64,000 nucleotides of DNA, taken from assembly GCA_043815185.1 (NCBI GenBank), contig JBDRJF010000001.1, forward strand, positions 11,801 to 75,800. The letters run 5' to 3'. Below, piece after piece: positions 18,333 through 28,497 of this stretch. Positions within the stretch are counted from its first letter, which is position 1; each line of letters begins with the position of its first letter. The stretch is from Candidatus Omnitrophota bacterium (GTDB lineage Bacteria; Omnitrophota; Gorgyraeia; Duberdicusellales; 4484-171). The notes beneath the pieces were generated by a model. That model saw nothing but the letters and a program-made list of their open reading frames with translations, was not told where the DNA came from and did not search any database. The position numbers were made by a program, and so were the translations under genes.

Positions 18333-18775
18333 TCTATGCGTCCTCCAGCAGCTTCAACCAACTCTTTAGCCTTTGAGGAAATTTTATCTACTTTGATCAC
18401 TAACTTCTTGGATAGCTTTCCTTCCACAACAGCTAAAACCTTAACCGGTTTCTTTTCGTCTTTTATTAAGTTTAGTTTCATTAAAACTTTGGGGTTGACT
18501 TCGTCTCTATCCTTTACCCGCTTCTGGATATCCCTTAAATTAACTATTTGATATTCTGTCTTCCGCAAGGGAGTAAAACCCCGTTTGGGAAGCACTCTGG
18601 CTAAAGGAAGGTTACCGCCTCTAAACCCGGCATAAGGAAGTTTTTTTCCTTTACGCTGACCAGCTCCTTTGTGGCCCCGGCCAGAAGTTTTACCCGTACC
18701 AGTTCCTGTTCCACGACCTAATCGTTTGGGTTTTTTGTTTTTCTTTCCTATTTTTTTAATATTTGACAAATCCAT
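18317..18775 (-). CDS. rplO: 50S ribosomal protein L15
   Basis: RLGRGTGTGTGKTSGRGHKG, LPKRGF. Confidence 0.97.
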   Translation of the reverse strand: MDLSNIKKIGKKNKKPKRLGRGTGTGTGKTSGRGHKGAGQRKGKKLPYAGFRGGNLPLARVLPKRGFTPLRKTEYQIVNLRDIQKRVKDRDEVNPKVLMKLNLIKDEKKPVKVLAVVEGKLSKKLVIKVDKISSKAKELVEAAGGRIECLGR

Positions 18776-18777
18776 CT

Positions 18778-19251
18778 CTAACCCTTTAAACTCTTTAAGC
18801 CTTCAAACGTTGCTTTAACCACATTTACCGGATTGGTTGAATTTTTTATATTCTTAGTCAAAATATCCTTTATCCCCGCACATTCACAAACTGCCCTTAC
18901 CGGAGAACAAGCAATAACACCGGTTCCTTCTGCTGCTGGTTTAAACAAGATATTAACTGCGCCAAACTTTCCAACTACCTTGTGGGCAATAGTTGTTCCC
19001 TTCTTCTTAATCAGGGTTACTTCCTTTTTGGCCTTATTTATTCCTTTTCGTATAGCATCAGCAACTTCATTAGCTTTACCTAAAGCAAATCCAGCCCGAG
19101 ATTCACCATCCCCTACAACTACTAATGCTGTGAAGCTTAAGTTCTTGCCCCCTTTGGTAACCTTAGTAGTCCGATTGATAAAAAGAACCTTTTCAATAAA
19201 GGCTTCCCCCTTATTTTCTGCTTCTTTGTTCTCGTTCTTTTCGCTCCTCAA
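18778..19251 (-). CDS. rpsE: 30S ribosomal protein S5
   Basis: [28 protein letters not shown]; TTG start uncertain. Confidence 0.97.
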   Translation of the reverse strand: MRSEKNENKEAENKGEAFIEKVLFINRTTKVTKGGKNLSFTALVVVGDGESRAGFALGKANEVADAIRKGINKAKKEVTLIKKKGTTIAHKVVGKFGAVNILFKPAAEGTGVIACSPVRAVCECAGIKDILTKNIKNSTNPVNVVKATFEGLKSLKG

Positions 19252-19601
19252 AACTTCAAACCTCCTTCTCTTGCGCCTTCAGCTAATTTCTTTACTCTTC
19301 CGTGGTATTTATAGCCGCCTCGATCAAAACAAACATTTTTAATCCCTGACTTTTGTGCTTTCTCAGAAATCATCTTGCCCACCTCATTGGCGCCTTTTTG
19401 ATCAGCAGCCTTTATCTTCATAGCCTTGAATTCCTTATGTAAGGTAGAGAATTCTACCATTACTTTTCCCAAGTCATCATTAATTATCTGAGCATAAATA
19501 TGTTTTTTGCTCCTAAAAACTACCAGACGCGGCCGGGATTCGCAGCCCCTGACTCTGCGGGCAATACTCTTGTGTCTTCTTTCTCTTCCTATCCGCTTCA
19601 T
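19248..19601 (-). CDS. rplR: 50S ribosomal protein L18
   Basis: [28 protein letters not shown]. Confidence 0.97.
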   Translation of the reverse strand: MKRIGRERRHKSIARRVRGCESRPRLVVFRSKKHIYAQIINDDLGKVMVEFSTLHKEFKAMKIKAADQKGANEVGKMISEKAQKSGIKNVCFDRGGYKYHGRVKKLAEGAREGGLKF

Positions 19602-20137
19602 TTCGCTAACGCCTTTCCTAACTTCTTACGTACCTCTTCCCCAACATACCTTATCCCTTTACCCTTATACGGCTCAGGGGGGTATATCCGTCTTATTTTA
19701 GCGGCGAATTCGCCGACTTTCTGCTTATCAATCCCTTCAATCGCAATGCGGGTAGGTAGAGGAGTAGAAACCTTCAACTCTGAAGGTATGTCTATCTCGA
19801 CTGGATGAGAAAAACCTATATTTAAAGAAAGCTTATTCCCTTTGATCTGAGCTTTGTACCCCACACCAATTATTTCCAACTCTTTCTTAAACCCTTTAGT
19901 TATACCTTTAATCATATTAGCAATTAAAACCCGTATTGTTCCGTGAAGACTCTTTAGTTGTTTAGAATCATTATCTCGCTTAACCGCCAAAGTATCACCG
20001 GTTAGCTCTAGCTTAATACCATTGGGAATAGCTAGATCTAATTTCTGCTTAGAACCCTCCACAAGACAAAGGTTTCCCTCAATCGTAACTTTGACTTCTT
20101 TAGGCACTACTAATGGTTGTTTCCCTATCCGTGACAT
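19598..20137 (-). CDS. rplF: 50S ribosomal protein L6
   Basis: MSRIGKQP, GVGYKA, PEPYKGKGIRY. Confidence 0.98.
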   Translation of the reverse strand: MSRIGKQPLVVPKEVKVTIEGNLCLVEGSKQKLDLAIPNGIKLELTGDTLAVKRDNDSKQLKSLHGTIRVLIANMIKGITKGFKKELEIIGVGYKAQIKGNKLSLNIGFSHPVEIDIPSELKVSTPLPTRIAIEGIDKQKVGEFAAKIRRIYPPEPYKGKGIRYVGEEVRKKLGKALAK

Positions 20138-20154
20138 AATTAAATAAATTTAAT

Positions 20155-20250
20155 TTGATTGCATAGATTTTAAAAATGATTACAACGATTCTATATCTAT
20201 CGGTGTAATCGTTATTAATCTCTGTAATCAAGCTCGTGCTGTAAACAGCA
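20155..20250. repeat. Periodic palindrome, 9-nt units, plus a small hairpin
   Basis: TTGATTGCATAGATT pairs with AATCTCTGTAATCAA; GATTACAACGAT pairs with ATCGGTGTAATC; TGCTG-TAAA-CAGCA. Confidence 0.75.
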
Positions 20251-20254
20251 AGGG

Positions 20255-20650
20255 CTACCAAATCATTCCGATAACTTCTCCGCCAATTCCTTTTTCACGA
20301 GCTGACTTCTCAGTAATAATCCCTGCCGAAGTAGAAACTAAAGTTATTCCGTAGCCACCTAGAGCAGCGGGAATACTTTTTCGCTTAGCATAAACTCTTC
20401 TTCCCGGAGAAGAAACTCTCTCCAGCTGACTAATCGCGCTGGTTTTCCCTTCATATTTCAAATAAACCTTTACTTTTTTAAATCTTTCCAGATCGACTTC
20501 TTTAAAATTTTCCAAATACCCCTCTTGCTTTAAAATCTCACAAATTCTCAATACGGATTTAGAGTAAGGAACGTAAGCTTCTTCTTTCTTTGCCCTTGCA
20601 GCATTCCTTATTACTGTAAAAGCATCACTAATTAAATCTGTTCTACTCAT
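20255..20650 (-). CDS. rpsH: 30S ribosomal protein S8
   Basis: DLISDAFTVIRNA, SSPGRRVY, VSTSAG, GGEVI. Confidence 0.97.
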   Translation of the reverse strand: MSRTDLISDAFTVIRNAARAKKEEAYVPYSKSVLRICEILKQEGYLENFKEVDLERFKKVKVYLKYEGKTSAISQLERVSSPGRRVYAKRKSIPAALGGYGITLVSTSAGIITEKSAREKGIGGEVIGMIW

Positions 20651-20681
20651 ATCGCATACCTCATAACTTATATCGATTATT

Positions 20682-20876
20682 TTACCAGCTGGCTTTTTTT
20701 ACGCCGGGAATTAACCCCTGCCAAGCGAGCTGTCGGAAGCAAATTCGACAAAGTTCAAAATCCCGGATATACCCCCTAGGTCTACCACATAGACGACAAC
20801 GATTTTTATAACGGGTAGAAAATTTTGATTTTATCTTCTCACGCTTCCACTTCTCAATTTTAGCTGTAGTAGCCAT
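20682..20876 (-). CDS. rpsN: 30S ribosomal protein S14, Zn type
   Basis: Start reassigned to ATG 20876; [27 protein letters not shown]. Confidence 0.97.
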   Translation of the reverse strand: MATTAKIEKWKREKIKSKFSTRYKNRCRLCGRPRGYIRDFELCRICFRQLAWQGLIPGVKKASW

Positions 20877-20877
20877 T

Positions 20878-21456
20878 CTACCTCCTAAAAGGAAATCCAA
20901 ACGACTTAAGCAACTCCTTTGCTTCTTCGTCACTCTTGGCACTGGTATTAATACAAATGTTCATACCGTGAGTTCTACTTATCTTATCAAGGTTAAGTTC
21001 GGGAAAGATGCCTTGTTCCTGTAATCCAAAGGTATAATTCCCGTTTCCATCAAAAGATTTCGCAGGAAATCCCCTAAAATCACGAATCCGGGGCATTGCT
21101 ATTGTAATAAGACGGTCAAAAAACTCATACATCATTTTCTTTCGTAAAGTCACACAACAACCTATGGCCTGCCCTTCTCTTAACTTAAAGTTCGATATTG
21201 GTTTACGGGAACGGCATATTTTGGCTTTTTGCCCGGTAATTAACGCTAACTCCTCAGCCGCTTTCTCAACAATCTTTGAATCAGAGGTTGCCCCGCCAAG
21301 GCCCATATTTATGACAATCTTTATTAAGCGGGGGGCAGCAAGACTATTCTTGTAATGGAGTTTTTCCACAAGCTGCGGAATGATTTCTTCCCGGTAAATC
21401 TTAAGTAAACGTGGCCGTGGGCTTTTTTCTAAATCGGTCTCTGGCATCTCTTGCAA
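20878..21456 (-). CDS. rplE: 50S ribosomal protein L5
   Basis: [35 protein letters not shown]. Confidence 0.98.
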   Translation of the reverse strand: MQEMPETDLEKSPRPRLLKIYREEIIPQLVEKLHYKNSLAAPRLIKIVINMGLGGATSDSKIVEKAAEELALITGQKAKICRSRKPISNFKLREGQAIGCCVTLRKKMMYEFFDRLITIAMPRIRDFRGFPAKSFDGNGNYTFGLQEQGIFPELNLDKISRTHGMNICINTSAKSDEEAKELLKSFGFPFRR

Positions 21457-21743
21457 ATCCTTACCTTACTCTTATCATCGGATATTTTCACCCCGAATCT
21501 TACTCCCTTATTACAATTACTACAAAATAAAGCTACATTGGAACGGTTAATGCTTTGAGGGATATCTTTTATTCCTCCGGTCTCGCCTTCTGAGCGACGC
21601 CGGATGTGTTTCTTGACTAAGTTAACACCTTCAACAATCACTCGCTTCGAATTGGAATGAACTTGTAAAACCTTGCCAACCTTTCCCTTATTCTTGCTGG
21701 CAATTACTGCTACCTTATCGCCTTTTTTAATCTCTAAGCTCAT
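21429..21743 (-). CDS. rplX: 50S ribosomal protein L24
   Basis: IKKGDKV, VIVEGVNLVKKH, SNVAL. Confidence 0.97.
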   Translation of the reverse strand: MSLEIKKGDKVAVIASKNKGKVGKVLQVHSNSKRVIVEGVNLVKKHIRRRSEGETGGIKDIPQSINRSNVALFCSNCNKGVRFGVKISDDKSKVRICKRCQRPI

Positions 21744-21746
21744 TGA

Positions 21747-22112
21747 TTATATCACCTCTGGAGCTAACGATAATATCTTGCTAAATCTATCTCTTAACTC
21801 ACGGGCTACCGGGCCGAATACTCTTGTTGCCCGGGGGTTACCTTGCTTATCAATGATTACGCAAGCATTCTTATCAAACCTAATCGCCAAACCATCCCTT
21901 CTCTTAATTGGATAGTGAGTTCTCACTACTACAGCCCTTACAACCTCTCCTTTCTTTATCGGAGCATTAGGTGTAGCTACTTTTACGCTAGCAGTAATCA
22001 CATCGCCGATATCAGCATGATCCTTATTCTTCCTGCCGATGACACTAATAAAAGCGACTTTTCTTGCCCCGCTGTTATCGGCCACATCTAATTTACTTCG
22101 AAGATAAATCAT
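21747..22112 (-). CDS. rplN: 50S ribosomal protein L14
   Basis: [31 protein letters not shown]. Confidence 0.98.
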   Translation of the reverse strand: MIYLRSKLDVADNSGARKVAFISVIGRKNKDHADIGDVITASVKVATPNAPIKKGEVVRAVVVRTHYPIKRRDGLAIRFDKNACVIIDKQGNPRATRVFGPVARELRDRFSKILSLAPEVI

Positions 22113-22348
22113 TTTGTAATCTCAAGTAATTCAAAATATTTATTTTTGGAAAAAGGACGTGATTCAATTATTCTCACTCTGTCGCCAACTTTTGCTTGGT
22201 TCTTGGCATCATGAACCCTAAACTTTTTCTTCTTTACCAACGGCCGCTTGTACAACTGATGTGAAAATTTCATTTTTACTAAAACCGTAATGGTCTTATC
22301 ACAGGCATCAGAAATTACCTGGCCTTCTAAAATTTTACCTTTTCTCAC
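22109..22348 (-). CDS. rpsQ: 30S ribosomal protein S17
   Basis: [23 protein letters not shown]. Confidence 0.97.
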   Translation of the reverse strand: MRKGKILEGQVISDACDKTITVLVKMKFSHQLYKRPLVKKKKFRVHDAKNQAKVGDRVRIIESRPFSKNKYFELLEITK

Positions 22349-22538
22349 TATCAGCTCCTTGTTTTTGGTTCAAAACCGTAAAAATACGGGCAATATCTCT
22401 CTTTACCACTTTAAAAAGGTGTGGTTTTTCCACACTGCTGCGGCGCTTGAATTGTAATTTCATAAGCTGTTTGTTCAAATCCTCTAACTTATCCTCTAAT
22501 TCTTGTTTTGATAATCCCAGCAATTCTTTAGTTTTCAT
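22335..22538 (-). CDS. rpmC: 50S ribosomal protein L29
   Basis: EKPH, KRDIARIFT; position in the S10 operon. Confidence 0.96.
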   Translation of the reverse strand: MKTKELLGLSKQELEDKLEDLNKQLMKLQFKRRSSVEKPHLFKVVKRDIARIFTVLNQKQGADSEKR

Positions 22539-22545
22539 CTTTTAA

Positions 22546-22956
22546 CTACCTTTTTCTGGTTACAAACATGGTCCTAAACGGTAACTTATAGGCAATCAAC
22601 CGGAAAGATGCCCGGGCATAATCCTCAGGAATCCCTCCTAATTCAAAAAGGACCCTACCTCTTCTTATAACCGCCACCCAGCTCTCAACTTCACCTTTAC
22701 CCTTGCCTTGCCGGGACTCTGCCGGTTTTTTAGTTACTGGTTTGTCAGGAAAAACTCTTATCCAAAGTTTACCGCCTCTTCTCAGGCGCCGAGTCAAAAT
22801 AATTCTTGCGGCTTCAATTATCGTATTTTTGAGCCATCCTGCACCTAAAGCTTTTATCCCGTATTCACCAAAATTAACGTTAGAACCACTGACTGCAAGC
22901 CCCTTACGTCTTCCCCGTTGGGTCTTTCTGTATTTTACTCTTTTGGGAATAAGCAT
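22546..22956 (-). CDS. rplP: 50S ribosomal protein L16
   Basis: [30 protein letters not shown]. Confidence 0.98.
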   Translation of the reverse strand: MLIPKRVKYRKTQRGRRKGLAVSGSNVNFGEYGIKALGAGWLKNTIIEAARIILTRRLRRGGKLWIRVFPDKPVTKKPAESRQGKGKGEVESWVAVIRRGRVLFELGGIPEDYARASFRLIAYKLPFRTMFVTRKR

Positions 22957-22958
22957 AC

Positions 22959-23633
22959 TTAACGTTTTTGTTGCTCTTCTTCTCTAATTAAATAATGTCC
23001 TAATCTCTTCTCACCCTTATAAATCCACACCTTAACTCCAATCGTACCGTAAGTAGTCTTGGCAACGTAAAATCCGTAATCTATGTCTGCCCGAAATGTT
23101 TGCAGCGGTACCTTACCATATTTATAAGACTCTTTACGCGCAATTTCTACTCCTCCTAAGCGGCCGGAACACTTTAGTTTTATCCCCTCACCGCCAGAGG
23201 CAATTACTTGTTGGATCGCTTTTTTCATTGCTCTTCTGAAGTTTATCCGGCGAATAAGCTGAAACCCAACCATCTCAGCTACTAATTGCGCTTCTAAGGC
23301 CGGGTCAGTAACCTCTTCAACATCGATAATGATTTCCTTGTTGACTAATCTCTTCAATTCTGACTTTACCCGTTCGATATCTTGGCCGCGCCTGCCGATA
23401 ATGACACCCGGGCGAGAAGTTCGTATTCTGATTCGCACAATTCCCGAAGATACCCTTTCGATAATTATTGTTGCCACTGAACCCCGGGAGTAACTCTTCT
23501 TGATATGCTCTCTTATCCGGACATCTTCCTCTAAAAAGGAAGCAAATTCACTTTTCTTAGAAGAAAACCAACGCGAAAGCCAATCTTTACCAAACCCAAT
23601 CCTTAAAATGTAAGGGTGAACTTTTTGCCCCAT
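22959..23633 (-). CDS. rpsC: 30S ribosomal protein S3
   Basis: [38 protein letters not shown]. Confidence 0.98.
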   Translation of the reverse strand: MGQKVHPYILRIGFGKDWLSRWFSSKKSEFASFLEEDVRIREHIKKSYSRGSVATIIIERVSSGIVRIRIRTSRPGVIIGRRGQDIERVKSELKRLVNKEIIIDVEEVTDPALEAQLVAEMVGFQLIRRINFRRAMKKAIQQVIASGGEGIKLKCSGRLGGVEIARKESYKYGKVPLQTFRADIDYGFYVAKTTYGTIGVKVWIYKGEKRLGHYLIREEEQQKR

Positions 23634-23637
23634 AACT

Positions 23638-24015
23638 TTACCTTTTTTTTGCTCCTTTGCCTGTCTTGGTTCCTTTAATTAATTTTTCTGAACTTCCCAG
23701 CTCAATCAAAATGTGTGATGTACGTTTACGAATCATTGTTGCCCGGCCAAAAGAAGCTGCTCGATGTCGCTTTAAGGTTGGGCCGGGATTAGCTACAATC
23801 TTGGAAATAAACAGTTTATCTTCCTGATACCCTTTATTTTTTGCATTAGCTAAAGCTGATTTTAATACCTTATTCAAGTAATAAGCACCTCTTTTATTAA
23901 TCACAGTCAACTCCGAAATTGCTCCAGCCACCTTCTTATTCTTCACCAAAGCGATAACCGGTCTAACTTTTGTCGGAGAAATTCTAATATATTTTGCTAT
24001 AGCTCTGGCTACCAT
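23638..24015 (-). CDS. rplV: 50S ribosomal protein L22
   Basis: IRISPTKVR, SALANA, GPTLKR, KRTSHI. Confidence 0.97.
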   Translation of the reverse strand: MVARAIAKYIRISPTKVRPVIALVKNKKVAGAISELTVINKRGAYYLNKVLKSALANAKNKGYQEDKLFISKIVANPGPTLKRHRAASFGRATMIRKRTSHILIELGSSEKLIKGTKTGKGAKKR

Positions 24016-24048
24016 TTTCTCAAAATTTACTTTTTTGGCTTTCGGCTT

Positions 24049-24336
24049 TTACTTTTTAGCTATTGCTTTTTTAGCTTTTATTCCCCCGTGCTGCTTAAAT
24101 ATTCGAGTGGGCACAAATTCACCCAAACGATGCCCAACCATAGACTCAGTTACAAAAACCGGAACATGCTTCTTACCGTTATGCACAGCAAAGGTAAGAC
24201 CCACGAACTCCGGATCAATCATTGAACTGCGTGACCAAGTCTTTATGGCTTTTCGACTCCCGGCTGCTTTGGCCGCCTGGGCCTTCTTTAACAGCTTTGG
24301 ATCAATGAAAGGACCTTTTTTTAGCGAACGACTCAT
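24049..24336 (-). CDS. rpsS: 30S ribosomal protein S19
   Basis: [28 protein letters not shown]. Confidence 0.98.
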   Translation of the reverse strand: MSRSLKKGPFIDPKLLKKAQAAKAAGSRKAIKTWSRSSMIDPEFVGLTFAVHNGKKHVPVFVTESMVGHRLGEFVPTRIFKQHGGIKAKKAIAKK

Positions 24337-25187
24337 CTCTTAGATTTCCTTTTTCTTGCTCTTCTCTTAATAATATACTTATTACTTTTATTGCGCGGAT
24401 TTCTGGTCTTCGCACCCTTAGTAGGTTTTCCCCAAGGAGTAACTGGATGAGGATTCCCCTGACCAGCTTTACCTTCACCGCCACCATGAGGATGGTCAAT
24501 CGGATTCATAGCTACGCCCCTTACCTTAGGGCGCCGGCCTAACCAACGCGCCTTACCGGCTTTTCCCTGCCGGAATGAAGAATGCTCAATCAAACCCATT
24601 TGTCCAACTGTAGCCCGGCAATCAACCTTCAGTAACCGGATTTCGCCAGAAGGCATACGTAATTGAGCAAACCTCCCTTCCTTGGCTGCAAGCTGAGCCC
24701 AACTACCGGCGCTTCTGACTAAAATACCGCCTCTATCTGGTTCCATCTCCAAATTATGGACTACAGTTCCCATAGGAATATGCTTTAACTTCATGCAATT
24801 ACCAGGTTTAATATCAACCTGGGAATCAGCTGCGCTTATCACTTTATCGCCGACTTTTAACTTATCCGGCCAAATAATATATCGTGACTCGCCGTCAGGA
24901 TATCTTAATAACGCAATTCGTCCGCTCCGGTTAGGGTCATACTCAATAGCAACAACTTCAGCCGGAATATCGAATTTATCCCGCCTGAAGTCAATAATTC
25001 TATACTTTCTTTTACTCCCGCCGCCGCGTCGTCTAACCGTTATCCGGCCACGGTTATTTCTTCCTCCGCTTTTCTTTAAGCTAGTGGTCAGAAATTTCTC
25101 AGGTTGACTCTTGGTAACTTCGGAAAAATCAGAAGTTACCTTAAATCGCATTGATGGCGTTATCGGTCGAAACTTTTTTACTCCCAT
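24333..25187 (-). CDS. rplB: 50S ribosomal protein L2
   Basis: [36 protein letters not shown]. Confidence 0.98.
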   Translation of the reverse strand: MGVKKFRPITPSMRFKVTSDFSEVTKSQPEKFLTTSLKKSGGRNNRGRITVRRRGGGSKRKYRIIDFRRDKFDIPAEVVAIEYDPNRSGRIALLRYPDGESRYIIWPDKLKVGDKVISAADSQVDIKPGNCMKLKHIPMGTVVHNLEMEPDRGGILVRSAGSWAQLAAKEGRFAQLRMPSGEIRLLKVDCRATVGQMGLIEHSSFRQGKAGKARWLGRRPKVRGVAMNPIDHPHGGGEGKAGQGNPHPVTPWGKPTKGAKTRNPRNKSNKYIIKRRARKRKSKR

Positions 25188-25190
25188 GGC

Positions 25191-25481
25191 TTAAGTAATT
25201 TTAATTTCAAATCCTTCTTTTAAGGTAACTATGGCTTTCTTCCAAGAAGTAGTTTTACCGGCTTGATTGGACCTGAGCCGCTTAGTTTTACCTTTAACTA
25301 TCAATACTGAAGTCCGCGTTACCTTTACCTTATAGATCTTCTCAATAGCGTGCTTTATCTCTATCTTATTCGCTTCTTTATCAACCCAAAAAGCATACTT
25401 TCGACAGACAGAATCTCGGGTTGTTTTCTCGGTAACCAGTGGTGACTTAATAATAGAATAAATACTCTTTAGTGCAGACAT
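25191..25481 (-). CDS. rplW: 50S ribosomal protein L23
   Basis: PLVTEK, ANKIEIK, WKKAIVTL. Confidence 0.97.
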   Translation of the reverse strand: MSALKSIYSIIKSPLVTEKTTRDSVCRKYAFWVDKEANKIEIKHAIEKIYKVKVTRTSVLIVKGKTKRLRSNQAGKTTSWKKAIVTLKEGFEIKIT

Positions 25482-26203
25482 CTTGTAACCCTGTTTTCGA
25501 TTTCACGCAAAGCGTTCTTGGTCAAAACTAATCGTTTACAATCAACTACTTCGGTAGCATGAATATCACAAGCCCTCGCTAACAACACCTTTTTTATATT
25601 GTTGGTTGCTAACTTAAGGTTAGGCTCTATCTTCTCTACTACCAACCTTACCTTTACCCCGTATAAGCTTAAACTCTTAACTATTTTATAAAACTCTTTT
25701 GTTTTATGTGAATCAACCTTAAGATCGCTAAGGATTAAAATTTCTTGATCCCGAAACTTAGCGTTAAGTGCGCTCTTTAAAGCTAAAGTTCGCATCTTCT
25801 GAGGCAAATTTCGGTAGTAAGAACGCGGCTTAGGACCAAAAGTAATACCGCCTCCCCTCCAAATCGGCGAGCGTATCGAACCTACCCTTGCCCGTCCAGT
25901 ACCTTTTTGCCGCCAAGGCTTTTTTCCGCCACCGCTAACCTCACCTCTGGTCTTACTTGATGCCAACCCCTTTCTCTGATTAGCCAGATAGGTTACTACT
26001 GCTTGATGGATAAGTGCTTCGGAGACTTTTCCGTCAAAAACGCGCTTCGCTAATTCCGCTCGCTCTATTTCCTTGCCCTGTAGGTTTAAAACCGGCAGGC
26101 TCAAGCTATCTGAGGTAACTGTCGTGGTCTTCTTGCTTGCCTTTGGTTTGCTAACCTTTTTGGTCAACTTAGTTGTTTTTTTCTTACTAACTGTCTTAGC
26201 CAT
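25469..26203 (-). CDS. rplD: 50S ribosomal protein L4 with Lys-rich N-terminal extension
   Basis: KTRGEVSGGGKKPWRQKGTGRARVGSIRSP, FGPKPR. Confidence 0.98.
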   Translation of the reverse strand: MAKTVSKKKTTKLTKKVSKPKASKKTTTVTSDSLSLPVLNLQGKEIERAELAKRVFDGKVSEALIHQAVVTYLANQRKGLASSKTRGEVSGGGKKPWRQKGTGRARVGSIRSPIWRGGGITFGPKPRSYYRNLPQKMRTLALKSALNAKFRDQEILILSDLKVDSHKTKEFYKIVKSLSLYGVKVRLVVEKIEPNLKLATNNIKKVLLARACDIHATEVVDCKRLVLTKNALREIENRVTRCLH

Positions 26204-26864
26204 GATTTTTGTCCACTTTTCTCACCCGTACGACCGCGCCTCTAGCTCCCGGTATATTTCCCTCAATAAAAAGAAGGTTCTTTTCTTTATCCACCTTCAA
26301 AACTTTTAGGTTTTTAGTCGTACGAAAGCAATTACCCATATGCCCCGGCATATTAAGGCCCTTTATTATTCTTGAAGGATAAGCTGAGGCTCCGGCTGAA
26401 CCTAAACGACGATGCGTAGTATGGCCATGTGATCCCGGTTGTCCACTCCAACCATGCCGCTTCATTCCTCCAGCAAAGCCCCTTCCTTTAGTCTTTGCTC
26501 TCACATCCACCTTGCTTCCAACCTCAAAAATCTCCACACCGAATTGGCGAGGATCAATCGTCGCTTTCTCTTTAGACTCCTCATCTGTCTCTGGAAAATC
26601 TTTGTCAATAGTTACTTCGCGAATAAGTTTGTAAGGACTGACTTTTAATTTATTGAAATAACCCTTTACCGGCCGTTTTACTTTTCCGATTTTTGTCTCT
26701 TCAATCTTAAAACAACCGATTTTGGCCTTTGTTTTAGTAGGATACTCTACTTTCTCCAGTAAGTAGACTGGTTCTACCTCAATGAGAGTGGTAGCCAAGA
26801 GATTACCCTCTTGATCAAAAACCTGAGTCATTCCAATTTTTTTTCCGTAAATTTCCCTAATCAT
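26196..26864 (-). CDS. rplC: 50S ribosomal protein L3
   Basis: GKKIGMTQVF, KGRGFAGGMKRH, SHG, MPGHMG. Confidence 0.97.
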   Translation of the reverse strand: MIREIYGKKIGMTQVFDQEGNLLATTLIEVEPVYLLEKVEYPTKTKAKIGCFKIEETKIGKVKRPVKGYFNKLKVSPYKLIREVTIDKDFPETDEESKEKATIDPRQFGVEIFEVGSKVDVRAKTKGRGFAGGMKRHGWSGQPGSHGHTTHRRLGSAGASAYPSRIIKGLNMPGHMGNCFRTTKNLKVLKVDKEKNLLFIEGNIPGARGAVVRVRKVDKNHG

Positions 26865-26924
26865 AATTCACCCAGTCTATCAGACATCTCCACCTCGGTT
26901 GAAAACTTTAGCGGGAAAACCTGA

Positions 26925-27233
26925 TTAAACTTCCTGTTTAATCTCTACGCTAACGCCGGCAGGCAAGTTCAATTTCCGTAAGGCATCAATTGTCTTTGGT
27001 GTCGGTTTATCCAAATCGATAATCCGCTTATGGATAGCCAACATAAATTGCTCCCGCGACTTCTTATCAATGTTGGTAGAACGATTAACAGTGTAAATCT
27101 TCTTCTTTGTAGGCATAGGCATGGGACCATTAACCTTTGCTCCGGTGCGCGAAGCAACCTCAGCTATCTCTTGAGCCGACCGGTCCAAAATCCGATGGTC
27201 AAACGCCTTCAATCTTATTCTTAACTTAAGCAT
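26925..27233 (-). CDS. rpsJ: 30S ribosomal protein S10
   Basis: [32 protein letters not shown]. Confidence 0.98.
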   Translation of the reverse strand: MLKLRIRLKAFDHRILDRSAQEIAEVASRTGAKVNGPMPMPTKKKIYTVNRSTNIDKKSREQFMLAIHKRIIDLDKPTPKTIDALRKLNLPAGVSVEIKQEV

Positions 27234-27275
27234 AATTCATGCCTCTACCACAAACTAAGTTATGGCCTATACCTT

Positions 27276-28478
27276 TTATTTAATAACCTCGGTAATTACT
27301 CCTGCGCCTACTGTTTTTCCGCCTTCCCGAATAGCAAATCTCAATTCTTTCTCAGCAGCTACTGGTTGAATCAATTCAATCTCCAGTACCACGTTATCTC
27401 CAGGCATAACCATCTCTACCCCTTTGGGTAATTGGCATGTTCCAGTAACGTCGGTAGTCCGGAAATAGAATTGGGGTCTGTATCCGCCGAAGAACGGTGT
27501 ATGCCGTCCGCCTTCTTCTTTCTTCAAAGAATATACCTGAGCTTTAAACTTGGTGTGGGGAGTAATTGATCCGGGCTTAGCCATAACCATTCCTCGCTCC
27601 ACATCTTTTTTCTCAACTCCTCTTAAGAGCAAACCGACATTATCTCCGGCTTGGCCCTCATCAAGAAGTTTTCTAAACATCTCCACTCCGGTGACTACAG
27701 TTTTGCTGGTCTTGGGGCGAATTCCTACTAACTCAATTTCCTCGCCAACTTTAACCTTACCTCTCTCAATTCTTCCGGTTGCTACTGTTCCCCGTCCTGA
27801 AATTGAGAAGACATCTTCTACGGCCATAAGAAAAGGTTTATCGATATCTCTCTTAGGCATAGGAATGTACTCATCTATAGCCTTCATTAGGTCAAGAATT
27901 GCCTTGCAATTAGCACACTCAGCCTTACCACAACCACATTCCATTGCCTTCAAGGCCGAACCCTTGATGATTGGAATATCTTTGCCGGGAAATTCATACT
28001 TAGCAAGCAAGTCCCTAACCTCTTCTTCGACTAAATCAACCAATTCATTATCCTCCATCTGATCAACTTTGTTGATAAACACAACAATTGCCGGAACATT
28101 TACCTGACGTGCCAAGAGAATGTGCTCTCTTGTCTGTGGCATTGGACCGTCAGTAGCTGCCACAACTAAAATTGCCCCATCCATCTGAGCTGCTCCAGTA
28201 ATCATGTTTTTGATGTAATCAGCGTGCCCAGGACAGTCAATGTGAGCATAGTGACGATTGTCTGTCTCATACTCAACGTGAGCAATATTAATAGTTACGC
28301 CTCGCTCTCTCTCTTCCGGTGCCTTATCAATATCCTCAAACTTAAGTGCCTTAGCCTTGCCTGTAACCGCCAATACCCCAGTTATCGCCGAGGTAAGCGT
28401 TGTCTTACCATGGTCTACGTGACCAATAGTACCAATGTTGAGATGGGGTTTTGTCCTTACAAACTTTTCCTTTCCCAT
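27276..28478 (-). CDS. tuf: Elongation factor Tu
   Basis: [42 protein letters not shown]. Confidence 0.99.
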   Translation of the reverse strand: MGKEKFVRTKPHLNIGTIGHVDHGKTTLTSAITGVLAVTGKAKALKFEDIDKAPEERERGVTINIAHVEYETDNRHYAHIDCPGHADYIKNMITGAAQMDGAILVVAATDGPMPQTREHILLARQVNVPAIVVFINKVDQMEDNELVDLVEEEVRDLLAKYEFPGKDIPIIKGSALKAMECGCGKAECANCKAILDLMKAIDEYIPMPKRDIDKPFLMAVEDVFSISGRGTVATGRIERGKVKVGEEIELVGIRPKTSKTVVTGVEMFRKLLDEGQAGDNVGLLLRGVEKKDVERGMVMAKPGSITPHTKFKAQVYSLKKEEGGRHTPFFGGYRPQFYFRTTDVTGTCQLPKGVEMVMPGDNVVLEIELIQPVAAEKELRFAIREGGKTVGAGVITEVIK

Positions 28479-28497
28479 ACTACACCTCCTTATCCAA

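Noticed and set aside
16976-20942. Long N-terminal extensions of Adk and S14 in the ORF track
   Set aside because: They come from upstream alternative starts overlapping secY and rplE; downstream ATGs give standard-length proteins.
26865-26924. rpsJ-rplC spacer as a structured element
   Set aside because: Only a 4-bp hairpin (GTCT/AGAC) is visible, which is insufficient support.
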